DNA of 64,000 bases from Gammaproteobacteria bacterium (GTDB lineage Bacteria; Pseudomonadota; Gammaproteobacteria; CAJXQU01): positions 1,024,001-1,088,000 of the forward strand of contig CBDEGZ010000003.1 of assembly GCA_965238175.1 (NCBI GenBank), read 5' to 3'. Position 1 is the first letter of the stretch. Every line of letters starts with the position of its first letter. Of this stretch, positions 31,214-45,775 are shown piece after piece. The notes under the pieces were generated by a model. That model saw only the letters and a list, made by a program, of their open reading frames with translations. It was not told the origin of the DNA and ran no database searches. The translations under genes and the position numbers were made by a program.

Positions 31214-31501
31214 ATGAATATTGAATATCCACTGAATTTAAACGATAACTTCGAAAGTTTCGAGCGAGAGTGTAAAGGTTGGCTCTCAGATGTGATAGTT
31301 AATCTTGACGATGGTAGCCGTCATAAACTGTTTTTTTATGATCCTGTTCGCCTTACGCAGGACTTGGAAGCTGATGTGAAAAGCGGAAAAGCAGGAATAA
31401 CTGAAAAAAATCTATTTGTGGTTCCGAAAGTGACTGAAAAATATATTGAAGCGTCAATAAAACAAGCTATTCGTGAAGGTTACTTTGAAAGTAATTTATA
31501 A
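31214..31501 (+). CDS. hypothetical protein, cassette-like
   Basis: 95-aa ORF with FYDPVRL-QDL motif; GTTAT just upstream and ATAAC at the stop. Confidence 0.65.
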   Translation: MNIEYPLNLNDNFESFERECKGWLSDVIVNLDDGSRHKLFFYDPVRLTQDLEADVKSGKAGITEKNLFVVPKVTEKYIEASIKQAIREGYFESNL

Positions 31502-31630
31502 CAATTTGTTCAAAATGAATGATGTAAAAACAGGTTGTTCTTTGCATTTCCAGGGGGCACGGGTATATAACAAAATGTCGAAAAAACAATAGATTTCTTA
31601 ATTCGACTTGCTTGCCTATAATATAGAGAT

Positions 31631-33502
31631 ATGGAACATCCACAAAATTATCACGTCATCATTGTTGGTGGCGGTCACGCTGGAACTGAAGCCGCACTTG
31701 CTGCCGCGCGAATGGGTGTGCGTACCTTATTGCTTACGCTGAGTATGGACACCTTGGGGCAAATGTCCTGTAATCCTGCCATCGGCGGGATCGGGAAAGG
31801 TCATTTGGTAAAAGAGATCGATGCTTTAGGTGGCATGATGGGTCGAGCGGCGGATCGTAGTGGTATTCATTTCCGAACGCTTAATAGTAGTAAAGGCCCA
31901 GCGGTTAGGGCAACGCGTGCGCAAATTGATCGTTCTCTATATAAAATTGAAACGCGTCTTTTGTTAGAAGCTCAGGAAAACCTGACAATCTTCCAACAAT
32001 CGGTTGACGATTTGATCGTAGAAGGGGATCAAATAAAAGGTGTTGTGACGCAGATGGGTTTGCGCTTCATGGCTCCGACGGTAGTTTTGACTGTGGGGAC
32101 GTTCCTCGGTGGAAAAATTCATATCGGTGACAGTAATTACCAGGGCGGCCGTGCAGGTGATCAGCCTTCTAATGCGTTGGCAGCGAGGTTGCGAGAATTA
32201 CCGTTTAGAGTTGATCGTTTAAAAACCGGAACGCCACCTAGATTAGATGGACGTTCGATAGACTACAGTCAGTTAGATAAACAACCCGGTGATCAACCAA
32301 TGCCGGTTTTTTCGTTTATTGGTGAGGTGTCGGAACATCCAGAACAAACGATTTGTCACATTACGCATACCAATGAAAGAACCCACGATATTATTCGATC
32401 TGGTTTAGATCGTTCGCCGATGTTCAATGGTAGTATCGAAAGTACAGGGCCGAGATATTGTCCTTCGGTTGAAGATAAAGTGGTTCGCTTTGCAGAAAGA
32501 AATTCGCACCAAATTTTTGTTGAGCCGGAAGGTTTGGGTACGCACGAAGTATATCCGAATGGTATTTCAACCAGCTTACCTTTTGATGTGCAATATAAAT
32601 TAGTACGATCTATAAAAGGTTTTGAAAATGTCCATATCACCCGTCCGGGATATGCAATTGAATATGATTTTTTTGATCCGCGCGATTTGAAACAAACGCT
32701 GGAAACGAAATATTTATCCGGTCTTTTCTTTGCAGGACAGATCAACGGAACTACGGGTTATGAAGAAGCGGGTGCGCAAGGTTTGCTGGCTGGGACTAAT
32801 GCGGCTCTGAAAGTTCAGGAACGAGATTCTTGGGCACCACGCAGAAGTGAGGCTTATCTCGGCGTCTTAGTTGATGATTTAACCACACGTGGCACAAATG
32901 AGCCTTATCGAATGTTCACTTCACGTGCTGAATATCGGTTGATGTTGCGCGAAGATAATGCGGATCTGCGTTTGACACCGAAAGGTCGTGAGCTTGGCTT
33001 GGTTGACGATGAACGCTGGGAATTGTTTGAAACAAAATTAGAAAATGTTGAGCGAGAAAAACAACGACTAGCATCAATCTGGTTACGACCCGAAACGGTA
33101 CCTGTAGAAGACGCTGAACGCGTTCTTGGTAAAGCCTTAAGCAGGGAATATTCCTTAGCTGATTTACTAAAACGTCCTGGTGTTGTCTATGAAGATCTAA
33201 TGACATTATCTGGTGCAGGTGAAGGCGTGGCTGATCGTGTCATCGCGGAGCAAGTGACTATTCAGGCGAGATACAGTGGCTACATTGAACGTCAGGAAAT
33301 GGAAATCGAACGTACTCGGAAGATGGAAGATAAAACGCTACCTGATGATTTTGATTACGGAACAGTTCATGGTTTGTCCGCAGAGGTCGAGCAAAAATTA
33401 TCGGATTATCGGCCAACAACTATCGGCCAGGCTTCGAGAATTTCAGGAGTGACGCCAGCAGCAATTTCGTTGTTGTTAGTCCATTTAAAGAAAGTCGGTT
33501 GA
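31631..33502 (+). CDS. mnmG: tRNA uridine-5-carboxymethylaminomethyl modification enzyme
   Basis: [34 protein letters not shown]. Confidence 0.99.
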   Translation: MEHPQNYHVIIVGGGHAGTEAALAAARMGVRTLLLTLSMDTLGQMSCNPAIGGIGKGHLVKEIDALGGMMGRAADRSGIHFRTLNSSKGPAVRATRAQIDRSLYKIETRLLLEAQENLTIFQQSVDDLIVEGDQIKGVVTQMGLRFMAPTVVLTVGTFLGGKIHIGDSNYQGGRAGDQPSNALAARLRELPFRVDRLKTGTPPRLDGRSIDYSQLDKQPGDQPMPVFSFIGEVSEHPEQTICHITHTNERTHDIIRSGLDRSPMFNGSIESTGPRYCPSVEDKVVRFAERNSHQIFVEPEGLGTHEVYPNGISTSLPFDVQYKLVRSIKGFENVHITRPGYAIEYDFFDPRDLKQTLETKYLSGLFFAGQINGTTGYEEAGAQGLLAGTNAALKVQERDSWAPRRSEAYLGVLVDDLTTRGTNEPYRMFTSRAEYRLMLREDNADLRLTPKGRELGLVDDERWELFETKLENVEREKQRLASIWLRPETVPVEDAERVLGKALSREYSLADLLKRPGVVYEDLMTLSGAGEGVADRVIAEQVTIQARYSGYIERQEMEIERTRKMEDKTLPDDFDYGTVHGLSAEVEQKLSDYRPTTIGQASRISGVTPAAISLLLVHLKKVG

Positions 33503-33521
33503 TCCGTAGTCCTGATCTAAT

Positions 33522-34148
33522 ATGGATAATGATGCGCTACTAAGCCAATTAGATCACGAGCTTATTCTGCAAGATATTTCTCTGGATGAAACTACTCAAC
33601 ATAAGCTGATCGATTATCTCGATTTGCTCATCCGCTGGAATAAGACCTATAACCTGACTGCTATTCGTGATCCAAAAGAGATGGTCTCCAGGCATTTGAT
33701 CGACAGCTTGACGATTTTGCCTTATCTGGATGGGAAACGATTTATCGATGTTGGTACTGGTGCTGGATTACCAGGCATGGTGATTGCGGTTGCTCGACCT
33801 GAAACAAGCTGGGTGCTTTTAGATAGTAATCAAAAAAAGACGCGTTTTTTGACTCAGGTTGTGATCGAGCTTGATTTAAACAATGTCGAGGTTGTGCATT
33901 CACGTATTGAAGACTATCAGGATGATCAAAAGTTTGATCTCGCAACCAGTCGTGCGGTTACATCTCTATTAGGATTATTGAAGCAAGTTGAGCACCTCTG
34001 CCCGAACTTGTTGGCCATGAAAGGGCAGATCCCAGATGATGAAATAAAAGAAATTCCTGAGAGTTGTGTGGTTGGTATTCATCAGGTTGAGGTGCATGGA
34101 GAGAAAATCCAACGAAGTATTATTACAATAAACAACAAAAATCAGTGA
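33522..34148 (+). CDS. rsmG: 16S rRNA m7G527 methyltransferase
   Basis: WNKTYNLTA, DVGTGAGLPG; follows mnmG. Confidence 0.97.
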   Translation: MDNDALLSQLDHELILQDISLDETTQHKLIDYLDLLIRWNKTYNLTAIRDPKEMVSRHLIDSLTILPYLDGKRFIDVGTGAGLPGMVIAVARPETSWVLLDSNQKKTRFLTQVVIELDLNNVEVVHSRIEDYQDDQKFDLATSRAVTSLLGLLKQVEHLCPNLLAMKGQIPDDEIKEIPESCVVGIHQVEVHGEKIQRSIITINNKNQ

Positions 34149-34195
34149 TAATGGTCGACCGGGTGTGCGGAACAAATAAGTAAAAGAGAAATTTG

Positions 34196-34984
34196 ATGGC
34201 AAGAATATTTGCGGTAACAAATCAAAAGGGCGGAGTAGGTAAGACCACTACCAGTGTTAACCTCGCTGCGAGTCTGGCGGAATTGGATCGACGTGTGCTA
34301 CTAATCGATCTTGATCCACAGGGCAATGCAACCATGGGCAGTGGTGCCAACAAATACGATCTCGAGTCATCCATCTACGAAGTGATGATGGATGAAAAAA
34401 CCGTTACAGACGTTGTGATATCTCTTGAAGGATCTGGTTACGATTTATTACCTGCAAACGCTGATCTTACCGGTGCAGAAGTTGGTCTGCTTGAAGAGAT
34501 AGGCCGCGAGTTGAGATTGCGAATGGCATTGGAAAAAGTGCGTGATGATTATGATTACATCGTAATTGACTGCCCACCTTCATTGAATATGTTGACCGTC
34601 AATGCATTGGTAGCAGCGGATAAAGTTTTTATTCCGACCCAATGTGAATACTACGCATTGGAAGGGTTGTCGGCATTATTAGATACGGTTGAGAAGATCA
34701 GAACTTATCTCAACCCGACTCTAGCGGTAGAAGGCTTTTTAAGAACAATGTTTGATTCACGAAATAATTTGGCTACACAGGTTTCAGCACAATTATTAAA
34801 ACATTTCGGCGAGAAGGTTTATCAAACGATTATTCCACGTAATGTACGCTTGGCAGAAGCGCCTAGTCATGGTACGCCGATTATAACCTACGATAGATCA
34901 TCCTCAGGTGCGGCGGCTTATCTTGCGCTTGCCGGAGAAATGATACGTCGGTCCGAAAATATTCCTATGCGAGCGGTGCAATAA
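34196..34984 (+). CDS. parA: chromosome partitioning ATPase
   Basis: NQKGGVGKTTT, DLDPQGN, DCPP, EAPSHG. Confidence 0.96.
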   Translation: MARIFAVTNQKGGVGKTTTSVNLAASLAELDRRVLLIDLDPQGNATMGSGANKYDLESSIYEVMMDEKTVTDVVISLEGSGYDLLPANADLTGAEVGLLEEIGRELRLRMALEKVRDDYDYIVIDCPPSLNMLTVNALVAADKVFIPTQCEYYALEGLSALLDTVEKIRTYLNPTLAVEGFLRTMFDSRNNLATQVSAQLLKHFGEKVYQTIIPRNVRLAEAPSHGTPIITYDRSSSGAAAYLALAGEMIRRSENIPMRAVQ

Positions 34985-35859
34985 TGGTCGCAAAAAAAAG
35001 AGGTTTAGGTCGAGGGTTGGACGCACTTTTAGGCGCGGGAATTCCGGAAGAACTTACAACTGACACAGCGATAGAAGGGGAAGAGCTTCGAGCTGTACCC
35101 GTAGATCTTATCCAACGAGGTGAGTATCAACCGCGACGAGATATAGAACCTGAAGCATTACAAGAACTGTCAGATTCGATAAAAGCCCAAGGTGTTATCC
35201 AACCTATTGTTATCCGCCCCATCGGTGAAGGACGATATGAAATAGTTGCTGGTGAACGTCGTTGGCGAGCAACACAAATGGCCGGATTACAAGAGATCCC
35301 GGCTGTCGTTAGAGTAATGCCAGATAAGGTGGCCTTAAGTGTTGCTATTATCGAGAACATACAAAGAGAAGATCTGAATCCTTTAGAAGAAGCAATCTCA
35401 CTTGATAGATTGCTTAATGAATTTGATCTGACACATCAATCGGTAGCAGATGCCGTTGGTCGTTCACGTGTTGCAGTCAGTAATTTACTGCGTTTGTTAG
35501 AATTGGAAGAGGAAGTAAAAACATATTTATCTGAAGGTAAACTGGGGATGGGACATGCTAGAGCATTACTTCCGTTAGGAAGCATTACCCAGAAGCAGGT
35601 TGCTCGTGATGTTATTTCCAAACAATTGTCAGTTCGACAAACTGAAGCGTTGGTGCGCAAGCTTCAAGATCAGAAAGATAATCCAGCCCTATCGGCAATA
35701 GTTCATAAAGATCCAAATGTAAGCCATTTGGAAGAAAAACTGGCAGAGCAGTTAGGGGCTAAAGTCGCTTTGAAACATAATCCAAAAGGTAAAGGCACAA
35801 TGGTTATCCATTTTAATTCTTTGGATGAGCTGGATGGGATTCTCGAACACATTAAATAA
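34984..35859 (+). CDS. parB: chromosome partitioning protein
   Basis: GLGRGLDALL, QPR, GERRWRA, ENIQREDL. Confidence 0.96.
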   Translation: MVAKKRGLGRGLDALLGAGIPEELTTDTAIEGEELRAVPVDLIQRGEYQPRRDIEPEALQELSDSIKAQGVIQPIVIRPIGEGRYEIVAGERRWRATQMAGLQEIPAVVRVMPDKVALSVAIIENIQREDLNPLEEAISLDRLLNEFDLTHQSVADAVGRSRVAVSNLLRLLELEEEVKTYLSEGKLGMGHARALLPLGSITQKQVARDVISKQLSVRQTEALVRKLQDQKDNPALSAIVHKDPNVSHLEEKLAEQLGAKVALKHNPKGKGTMVIHFNSLDELDGILEHIK

Positions 35860-35979
35860 ATGTAATAAAATCTGTTTTGTTAACAATAAAGAAATAATCT
35901 ATTTAATTGATCTTGGGTAATTAGCTGCTATAATCGCGTCCGCAATATGAGCTGCTTTGAATTCTAATAATAAATAGTC

Positions 35980-37226
<1,247 letters not shown>

Positions 37227-37286
37227 ATTCGAGATTATGAATCTGTGTATTTTTAAACTTTTTATAACTTAAACATAAAGAAATAA

Positions 37287-37535
<249 letters not shown>

Positions 37536-37598
37536 GAGCGATCTTGCAAAGAAAATTTTCTACAGATTTTGATGAATTTTGAGTAACAGGAAAGCAGA

Positions 37599-38069
37599 AT
37601 GAATATCAACTTGACCCTGGTCGGACAAATGATTGTTTTTGTCATTTTTGTCATTTTTACCAGGAAATATGTGTGGGCTCCGATCATTACTGCATTGGAA
37701 GCTCGAAAAGCTAAAATCGCAGATGGCCTTGCTTCTGCTGAAAAGGGTAAGCATGAGCTAGAACTTGCTGAGAATCGTGTTGTAGAAACACTGAAAGAAA
37801 GTAAGCTCAAAGCTCAAGAATTTATTACTCAAGCTCAGAAACGTGCAGACGAAATTGTTGACGAAGCAAAGACTACTGCAAATGTCGAACGTGACAGAAT
37901 TATTTCTGCTGCCCAGGCACAAGCAGATCAAGAAATGAACGAAGCTAAGGAAAGTTTACGCAAAGATGTAGGCGTTCTAGCCATTGCCGGTGCTGAGCAG
38001 ATCCTGATGCGAGAGGTAGATGCTTCCACACACAAAGAAGTGCTGGATAAGCTTGGCGCTCAGTTATAA
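37599..38069 (+). CDS. atpF: ATP synthase subunit b
   Basis: MNINLTL-GQ, KYVW, coiled coil. Confidence 0.97.
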   Translation: MNINLTLVGQMIVFVIFVIFTRKYVWAPIITALEARKAKIADGLASAEKGKHELELAENRVVETLKESKLKAQEFITQAQKRADEIVDEAKTTANVERDRIISAAQAQADQEMNEAKESLRKDVGVLAIAGAEQILMREVDASTHKEVLDKLGAQL

Positions 38070-38080
38070 AGGACGCGAAT

Positions 38081-38614
38081 ATGCTGGAAAAGAAAACAAT
38101 CGCGCGGCCTTATGCCAAGGCAGCTTTTGAGCAAGCAAAAGAAGAAAATTCGTTAAGCGAATGGTCTGAGCTTCTGACGTTGCTGGCAATAATTGCTTCT
38201 GATGCACAAATGCAGGCATTAATGGGTGATCCACGTGTCAATAGTGGGCAGCTAAATAAACTGTTTCTTGATTTGGCTGGTGATTCTCTAAGTAAGACAA
38301 TGGTTAGTTTTGTTAGCTTATTGTCTGAATCAGATCGGCTTATTATAAGTCCTGAAATTAGCCAGCTATTCGAAGAAAGGAAGGCGAAAGTTGAAAAACA
38401 TGCCAGTGTCCATGTTATCTCGGCTTTCGAGATGGAGAGTAAAGAAAAGCAGAAGATCGCTGATGCGATGCGTAAAAAGTTGGGTTGTAGTGTTGAAGTC
38501 ACAACCGAACAGAATCCAGATTTAATCGGTGGTGTGGTGATTAAATCTGGGGATACAGTTGTCGATCTTTCAGTAAGAGGCCGTCTGAACACGATGGCAA
38601 ACGAATTCAAATAA
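38081..38614 (+). CDS. atpH: ATP synthase subunit delta
   Basis: TIARPYAKAAF, LIGG--I--GD-V-D-S. Confidence 0.97.
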   Translation: MLEKKTIARPYAKAAFEQAKEENSLSEWSELLTLLAIIASDAQMQALMGDPRVNSGQLNKLFLDLAGDSLSKTMVSFVSLLSESDRLIISPEISQLFEERKAKVEKHASVHVISAFEMESKEKQKIADAMRKKLGCSVEVTTEQNPDLIGGVVIKSGDTVVDLSVRGRLNTMANEFK

Positions 38615-38671
38615 TACTAGTTGCTGGTTAAACACCGTAGCTACGAAGATATAACTAATTGAGGTTGTCCA

Positions 38672-40213
38672 ATGCAAATCAGTGCAACAGAAATCAGCGA
38701 ACTGATTAAGAAACGAATTCAGGATATGGATCTGTCTACGGAGGCTACTACGGAAGGTACCGTAGTAAGTATCGCCGATGGCGTTGCCCAGATACATGGT
38801 CTTAGTGACGTCATGTCTGGTGAAATGATTGAGTTTCCTGGTGGGATTTATGGTCTTGCCTTGAACTTGGAGCGTGATTCGGTCGGTGCTGTTATTCTGG
38901 GTGAATACGAAAATATTTCTGAAGGCGATGTGGTTAAATGTACACAACGTATTCTCGAAGTCCCTGTTGGTGAAGGTCTACTTGGTCGAGTGGTTGACTC
39001 ACTCGGTAATCCATTGGATGGTAAGGGTGAAATTGATAGCGTAGGTACATCACCTATTGAAAAAGTTGCGCCTGGTGTAATTGCAAGACAATCAGTTGAT
39101 CAGCCAGTACAAACAGGACTCAAATCAATTGATGCGATGGTTCCAATTGGTCGAGGTCAACGAGAATTGATCATTGGTGACCGCCAAACAGGTAAAACGG
39201 CTGTTGCGATTGATGCAATAATAAATCAAAAGGGCACGGGCATTAAATGTGTCTACGTAGCTATTGGTCAAAAAGCATCGTCTATTGCGGCGGTTATTCG
39301 TAAACTCGAAGAGCATGATGCACTTGACCATACAATTATAGTTGCAGCTACCGCTTCTGATTCAGCGGCTATGCAATACATCGCACCATACTCTGGTTGC
39401 ACTATGGGCGAGTATTTCCGTGACAAAGGTGAAGATGCACTAATTATTTATGATGATTTAACCAAACAAGCTTGGGCTTATCGTCAAGTATCATTACTGC
39501 TACGTCGACCACCTGGTCGAGAAGCATATCCTGGTGATGTGTTCTACTTACATTCAAGATTGCTGGAACGTGCAGCACGGATCAATGCAGATTACGTCGA
39601 AAAAATCACCGATGGCAAAGTGAAAGGTAAAACGGGTTCATTAACGGCTCTTCCAGTTATTGAAACACAAGCTGGTGACGTATCAGCATTCGTACCGACC
39701 AATGTTATCTCCATTACTGATGGACAAATATTCCTTGAATCAGATTTGTTCAACTCTGGCTTCAGGCCAGCGATTAATGCAGGTCTATCCGTGTCACGTG
39801 TAGGTGGTGCAGCTCAGACCAAGATAGTTAAAAAGCTTGGTGGTAGTGTACGTCTTGCTTTAGCACAGTATCGTGAACTGGCCGCATTTGCACAATTTGC
39901 GTCTGATCTTGATGACGCTACACGTCATCAGTTAGAACGTGGTCAGCGTGTAATGGAACTAATGAAGCAGAAACAATATTCACCTATGTCTGTTGCAGAA
40001 ATGGCGCTTAGCCTATTTGCTGTTGAAAAAGGCTATTTAGATGATATTGAAATCGACAAAATTCTTGATTTTGAAGCAGCACTTAATAGCCATATGAATA
40101 GTGAACAGTCAGAATTAATGAAACAAATTAATGAGACGGGTGATTACTCAGATGAGATTCAAAATACTTTCGTATCTGCAATTGAAGAATTTAAAGCAAA
40201 TCATACTTGGTAG
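38672..40213 (+). CDS. atpA: ATP synthase subunit alpha
   Basis: [20 protein letters not shown]. Confidence 0.99.
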   Translation: MQISATEISELIKKRIQDMDLSTEATTEGTVVSIADGVAQIHGLSDVMSGEMIEFPGGIYGLALNLERDSVGAVILGEYENISEGDVVKCTQRILEVPVGEGLLGRVVDSLGNPLDGKGEIDSVGTSPIEKVAPGVIARQSVDQPVQTGLKSIDAMVPIGRGQRELIIGDRQTGKTAVAIDAIINQKGTGIKCVYVAIGQKASSIAAVIRKLEEHDALDHTIIVAATASDSAAMQYIAPYSGCTMGEYFRDKGEDALIIYDDLTKQAWAYRQVSLLLRRPPGREAYPGDVFYLHSRLLERAARINADYVEKITDGKVKGKTGSLTALPVIETQAGDVSAFVPTNVISITDGQIFLESDLFNSGFRPAINAGLSVSRVGGAAQTKIVKKLGGSVRLALAQYRELAAFAQFASDLDDATRHQLERGQRVMELMKQKQYSPMSVAEMALSLFAVEKGYLDDIEIDKILDFEAALNSHMNSEQSELMKQINETGDYSDEIQNTFVSAIEEFKANHTW

Positions 40214-40253
40214 TTATTTTAAAAATCAAAATATTTACAGACGGAATCATTAA

Positions 40254-41114
<861 letters not shown>

Positions 41115-41133
41115 TACGTAATTGATAGTTTAA

Positions 41134-42522
<1,389 letters not shown>

Positions 42523-42532
42523 GGCAATAAAT

Positions 42533-42958
42533 ATGGCAATGACTATTCATGTTGATATCGTAAGTGCTGAATCAGAGATCTTTTCTGGCTTGGCTGAAAT
42601 GGTATTTGCTCCTGCAATTTCAGGAGAGATTGGTATCGCACCAAGACATGCGCCTTTAATGACAACTTTAGCTCCGGGTGAAGTTCGTTTGCAAATGTCT
42701 GATGGTAAAGACGAGAAATCCTTTTACGTTTCTGGCGGTTTACTTGAAATACAACCGCATGTGGTCACTATTCTGTCTGATACTGCGGAACGTGCAGAAG
42801 ATTTAGATGAAGCAGCAGCTCTTGAGGCTAAAAAACGCGCAGAAGATGCAATTCAAAATCGTGATGCTGAAATGGATTTGGCTAAAGCACAAGCTCAGTT
42901 GGCAGAGGCAGCAGCACAATTACAAGCTATACAACGGTTAAGAAAACGCCGTAAATAG
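42533..42958 (+). CDS. atpC: ATP synthase subunit epsilon
   Basis: DIVSAE--IFSG, GEIGI-P-HAPL. Confidence 0.98.
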   Translation: MAMTIHVDIVSAESEIFSGLAEMVFAPAISGEIGIAPRHAPLMTTLAPGEVRLQMSDGKDEKSFYVSGGLLEIQPHVVTILSDTAERAEDLDEAAALEAKKRAEDAIQNRDAEMDLAKAQAQLAEAAAQLQAIQRLRKRRK

Positions 42959-42985
42959 CTGTTGCACACTACTAACTTAATAACG

Positions 42986-43022
42986 AAATCCGGTCTGGAG
43001 ATATCCTTACCGGATTTTTTTT
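42986..43022 (+). terminator. intrinsic terminator of the atp operon
   Basis: AAATCCGGT...ACCGGATTT stem followed by a T-run. Confidence 0.8.
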
Positions 43023-43111
43023 GCTCATTCATTCTCTATTATTCATAATACAGACATAGATCTTGTATCGGTTGCATACGATGAATATCTAAGTAATAAC
43101 TACAGGAAAAG

Positions 43112-44476
43112 ATGATGGGAACTACTGCGATAATCCTTGCGGCAGGCAAGGGAACAAGAATGAGATCTGCTTTACCAAAGGTATTGCATAAGATTGCACA
43201 TATGCCATTACTTGAGCATGTATATCATACTGCTAAAACTATTCCGAATTGCTCAGTTAATATTATCTATGGCCATGGCGGTGATGTAGTTAAAGATACA
43301 TTGTCTGATATAGATGCAAGGTGGATTGAACAACGTGAACAACTAGGTACAGGACATGCTGTACAGCAAGTTGTTCCTATTATTTCTGACGAAGATACAG
43401 TGTTGATCTTATATGGAGATGTACCCCTTACCCTTTCTTCTACTCTTTGTACTCTTGTAGAGTCATCTCAATCTACAGGTTTTTGTTTGCTTACAGTAGA
43501 TCTTGAAAATCCTGCGGGTTACGGGCGGATTGTCAGAAATAAAAATGGGTTTATTGAAAAAATTGTAGAAGAAAAAGATGCTAATGATGAGGTAAAACAA
43601 ATTTCTGAAGTGAATACTGGGATGATGGCTGTTTCAGGTGTTCTTCTTAAAAAATTGTTAGGGCAATTAAACAATAACAATTCACAAAGAGAGTATTATC
43701 TAACTGATATTGTAGAAATGGCTGTTCAGGAGGGTATTGAAATTCAGTCAATCCAACCTGAAAATGAATATGAAGTTATGGGTGTCAATAATCGTTTACA
43801 ACTTGCTGAGCTAGAACGTTATTTCCAATTAAAGAACGCCAATGGATTGATGACTGCTGGTGTTACATTAAGAGATCCCGCTAGAATTGATATACGTGGC
43901 GACATGGAGGTCGGTGAAGATATTATTATCGATATAAATGTTGTGTTCGAGGGCACAGTCAGTTTAAGTAACAATGTGAAAATAGGATCAAACACTACGA
44001 TCAAGAATGCTGAAATTGGTGAAAATGTAGAGATTCTTTCTAATTGTGTCATTGAAGATGCCGTGATTGGTAAGGGAGTAAAAATAGGTCCGTTTGCGCG
44101 TATTAGACCAGGAACTAGGTTAGCAGAAAATGTCCATGTAGGAAATTTTGTTGAGATCAAAAACTCTGAAGTATATGAAGGATCAAAAATAAACCATCTA
44201 AGTTATATTGGTGATACTGATATGGGCTCAGAGGTGAACGTCGGAGCTGGGACGATCACATGTAATTATGATGGTGCTAACAAGTCTCGAACTGTTATTG
44301 GTAATGATGTCTTCATTGGTTCTGACACTCAATTAATAGCGCCTGTCGAGGTGGCCGACGGAGCAACTATTGCGGCTGGAACTACATTGACAAAAGATGC
44401 TCCTGCAGATCAACTTACTTTGAGCCGTGCGAAACAGATTTCAGTTCCAAGTTGGAAGCGTCCAACAAAAAAATGA
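43112..44476 (+). CDS. glmU: bifunctional UDP-GlcNAc pyrophosphorylase/glucosamine-1-phosphate acetyltransferase
   Basis: LAAGKGTRM-S--PK, GPFARIRP, TCNYDG. Confidence 0.98.
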   Translation: MMGTTAIILAAGKGTRMRSALPKVLHKIAHMPLLEHVYHTAKTIPNCSVNIIYGHGGDVVKDTLSDIDARWIEQREQLGTGHAVQQVVPIISDEDTVLILYGDVPLTLSSTLCTLVESSQSTGFCLLTVDLENPAGYGRIVRNKNGFIEKIVEEKDANDEVKQISEVNTGMMAVSGVLLKKLLGQLNNNNSQREYYLTDIVEMAVQEGIEIQSIQPENEYEVMGVNNRLQLAELERYFQLKNANGLMTAGVTLRDPARIDIRGDMEVGEDIIIDINVVFEGTVSLSNNVKIGSNTTIKNAEIGENVEILSNCVIEDAVIGKGVKIGPFARIRPGTRLAENVHVGNFVEIKNSEVYEGSKINHLSYIGDTDMGSEVNVGAGTITCNYDGANKSRTVIGNDVFIGSDTQLIAPVEVADGATIAAGTTLTKDAPADQLTLSRAKQISVPSWKRPTKK

Positions 44477-45279
44477 AAGTAGGTTACTACCAGTTCCGGC
44501 CTTTATTTGGAAAAGTTGAAAAAAATCTAGAAAAAATCACAGCGGCTTTAGAAGTTGCAGACGTTGATACTGATCTGATCGTTTTACCAGAGCTTGCTCT
44601 CACAGGTTACTATTTCAAAGACAGAGATGAACTTATGTCTCTGGCTGAAGATCCTTTTAATTCAAGCAGAATAGATGCGCTTATTAGCCTTTGTAAAAAA
44701 AACGATCTACATATCGTAATGGGTTTTGCAGAACTATATGGTAGTAAAGTCTATAACAGTTCAATTTTAATTGGTCCTAATGGAACCGTACACATCTATC
44801 GTAAACTTCATCTGTTTAATGAAGAAAAGAATATTTTTGATCAAGGTGATGTAGCGCTGTCTATTCAAACTGTAAGAGGCGTAAAAATAGGCATGATGGT
44901 TTGCTTCGACTGGGCATTTCCTGAAGTAATGCGAAGCCTTACTTTACTTGGTGCAGAAGTTATTTGTCATCCATCAAATTTAGTTCTGACTTTTTGTCAG
45001 GAAGCTATGTTGACACGATGTCTTGAAAACCGCGTTTTTGCCATAACAACAAACCGTTTTGGTGCAGATAAACGACCTCAAGGCGAGATAAAATTCACTG
45101 GAAAAAGTCAGATTGTCGCACCAGGTGGAAAATTAATTAATCGTGCTGTATCACAAAGAGATCAATTGTTTATTGTTGAAATTGATCCTACAGAAGCACA
45201 TAACAAATCTATAACCCCGTTAAATGATTTGTTGTCTGACCGTCGCCCAGATTGTTATCATGCACTTTTTGATTCTTGA
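44473..45279 (+). CDS. carbon-nitrogen hydrolase (nitrilase superfamily)
   Basis: LPE, YRKLHL and VCFDW (E-K-C triad); ATGA overlap with glmU. Confidence 0.9.
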   Translation: MKVGYYQFRPLFGKVEKNLEKITAALEVADVDTDLIVLPELALTGYYFKDRDELMSLAEDPFNSSRIDALISLCKKNDLHIVMGFAELYGSKVYNSSILIGPNGTVHIYRKLHLFNEEKNIFDQGDVALSIQTVRGVKIGMMVCFDWAFPEVMRSLTLLGAEVICHPSNLVLTFCQEAMLTRCLENRVFAITTNRFGADKRPQGEIKFTGKSQIVAPGGKLINRAVSQRDQLFIVEIDPTEAHNKSITPLNDLLSDRRPDCYHALFDS

Positions 45280-45298
45280 TCAAACACAGGAGTAAGTG

Positions 45299-45775
45299 AT
45301 GTCTAAAGCTACAGCGGATCTTTATGATGAGTACGGAGATTCGTTACAAGTTGCCACGCCAATGTTCAATAATTATGGTGCAAAAAAAACATTCTCTGGA
45401 AAAATTTCCACAGTCAAATGTCACGAAGATAACAGTTTTGTTCGTTCGACTTTAGAAATGCTCGGTGAGGGAAAGGTGCTTGTTGTTGATGGTGGTGGTT
45501 CTTTACGCTGCGCCTTACTTGGCGATATGTTAGCTGAACTAGGCATTAAAAATGGTTGGGCTGGAATCATTATTTATGGTTGTATTCGGGATTCAGCTGT
45601 CATTGAAAAAATGGATATTGGAGTGATAGGGCTTAATACAAACCCGAAGAAAAGTTTGAAAAAAGATATTGGGGAACGTGACATTCCGGTGGGCTTTGCT
45701 GGTGTGGATTTCATTCCAGGACATTTTTTATACGCAGATGAAGATGGGTTTGTCGTATCGGACAAAGCGCTTTAA
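45299..45775 (+). CDS. rraA: RraA/HMG-aldolase family protein
   Basis: TADLYD, EDN, VDGGGSLRCALLGD, GCIRD, YADEDG. Confidence 0.9.
   Translation: MSKATADLYDEYGDSLQVATPMFNNYGAKKTFSGKISTVKCHEDNSFVRSTLEMLGEGKVLVVDGGGSLRCALLGDMLAELGIKNGWAGIIIYGCIRDSAVIEKMDIGVIGLNTNPKKSLKKDIGERDIPVGFAGVDFIPGHFLYADEDGFVVSDKAL

Noticed and set aside
31502-31630. oriC upstream of mnmG
   Set aside because: No TTATCCACA-like DnaA boxes or 13-mer repeats seen, and the interval is short.
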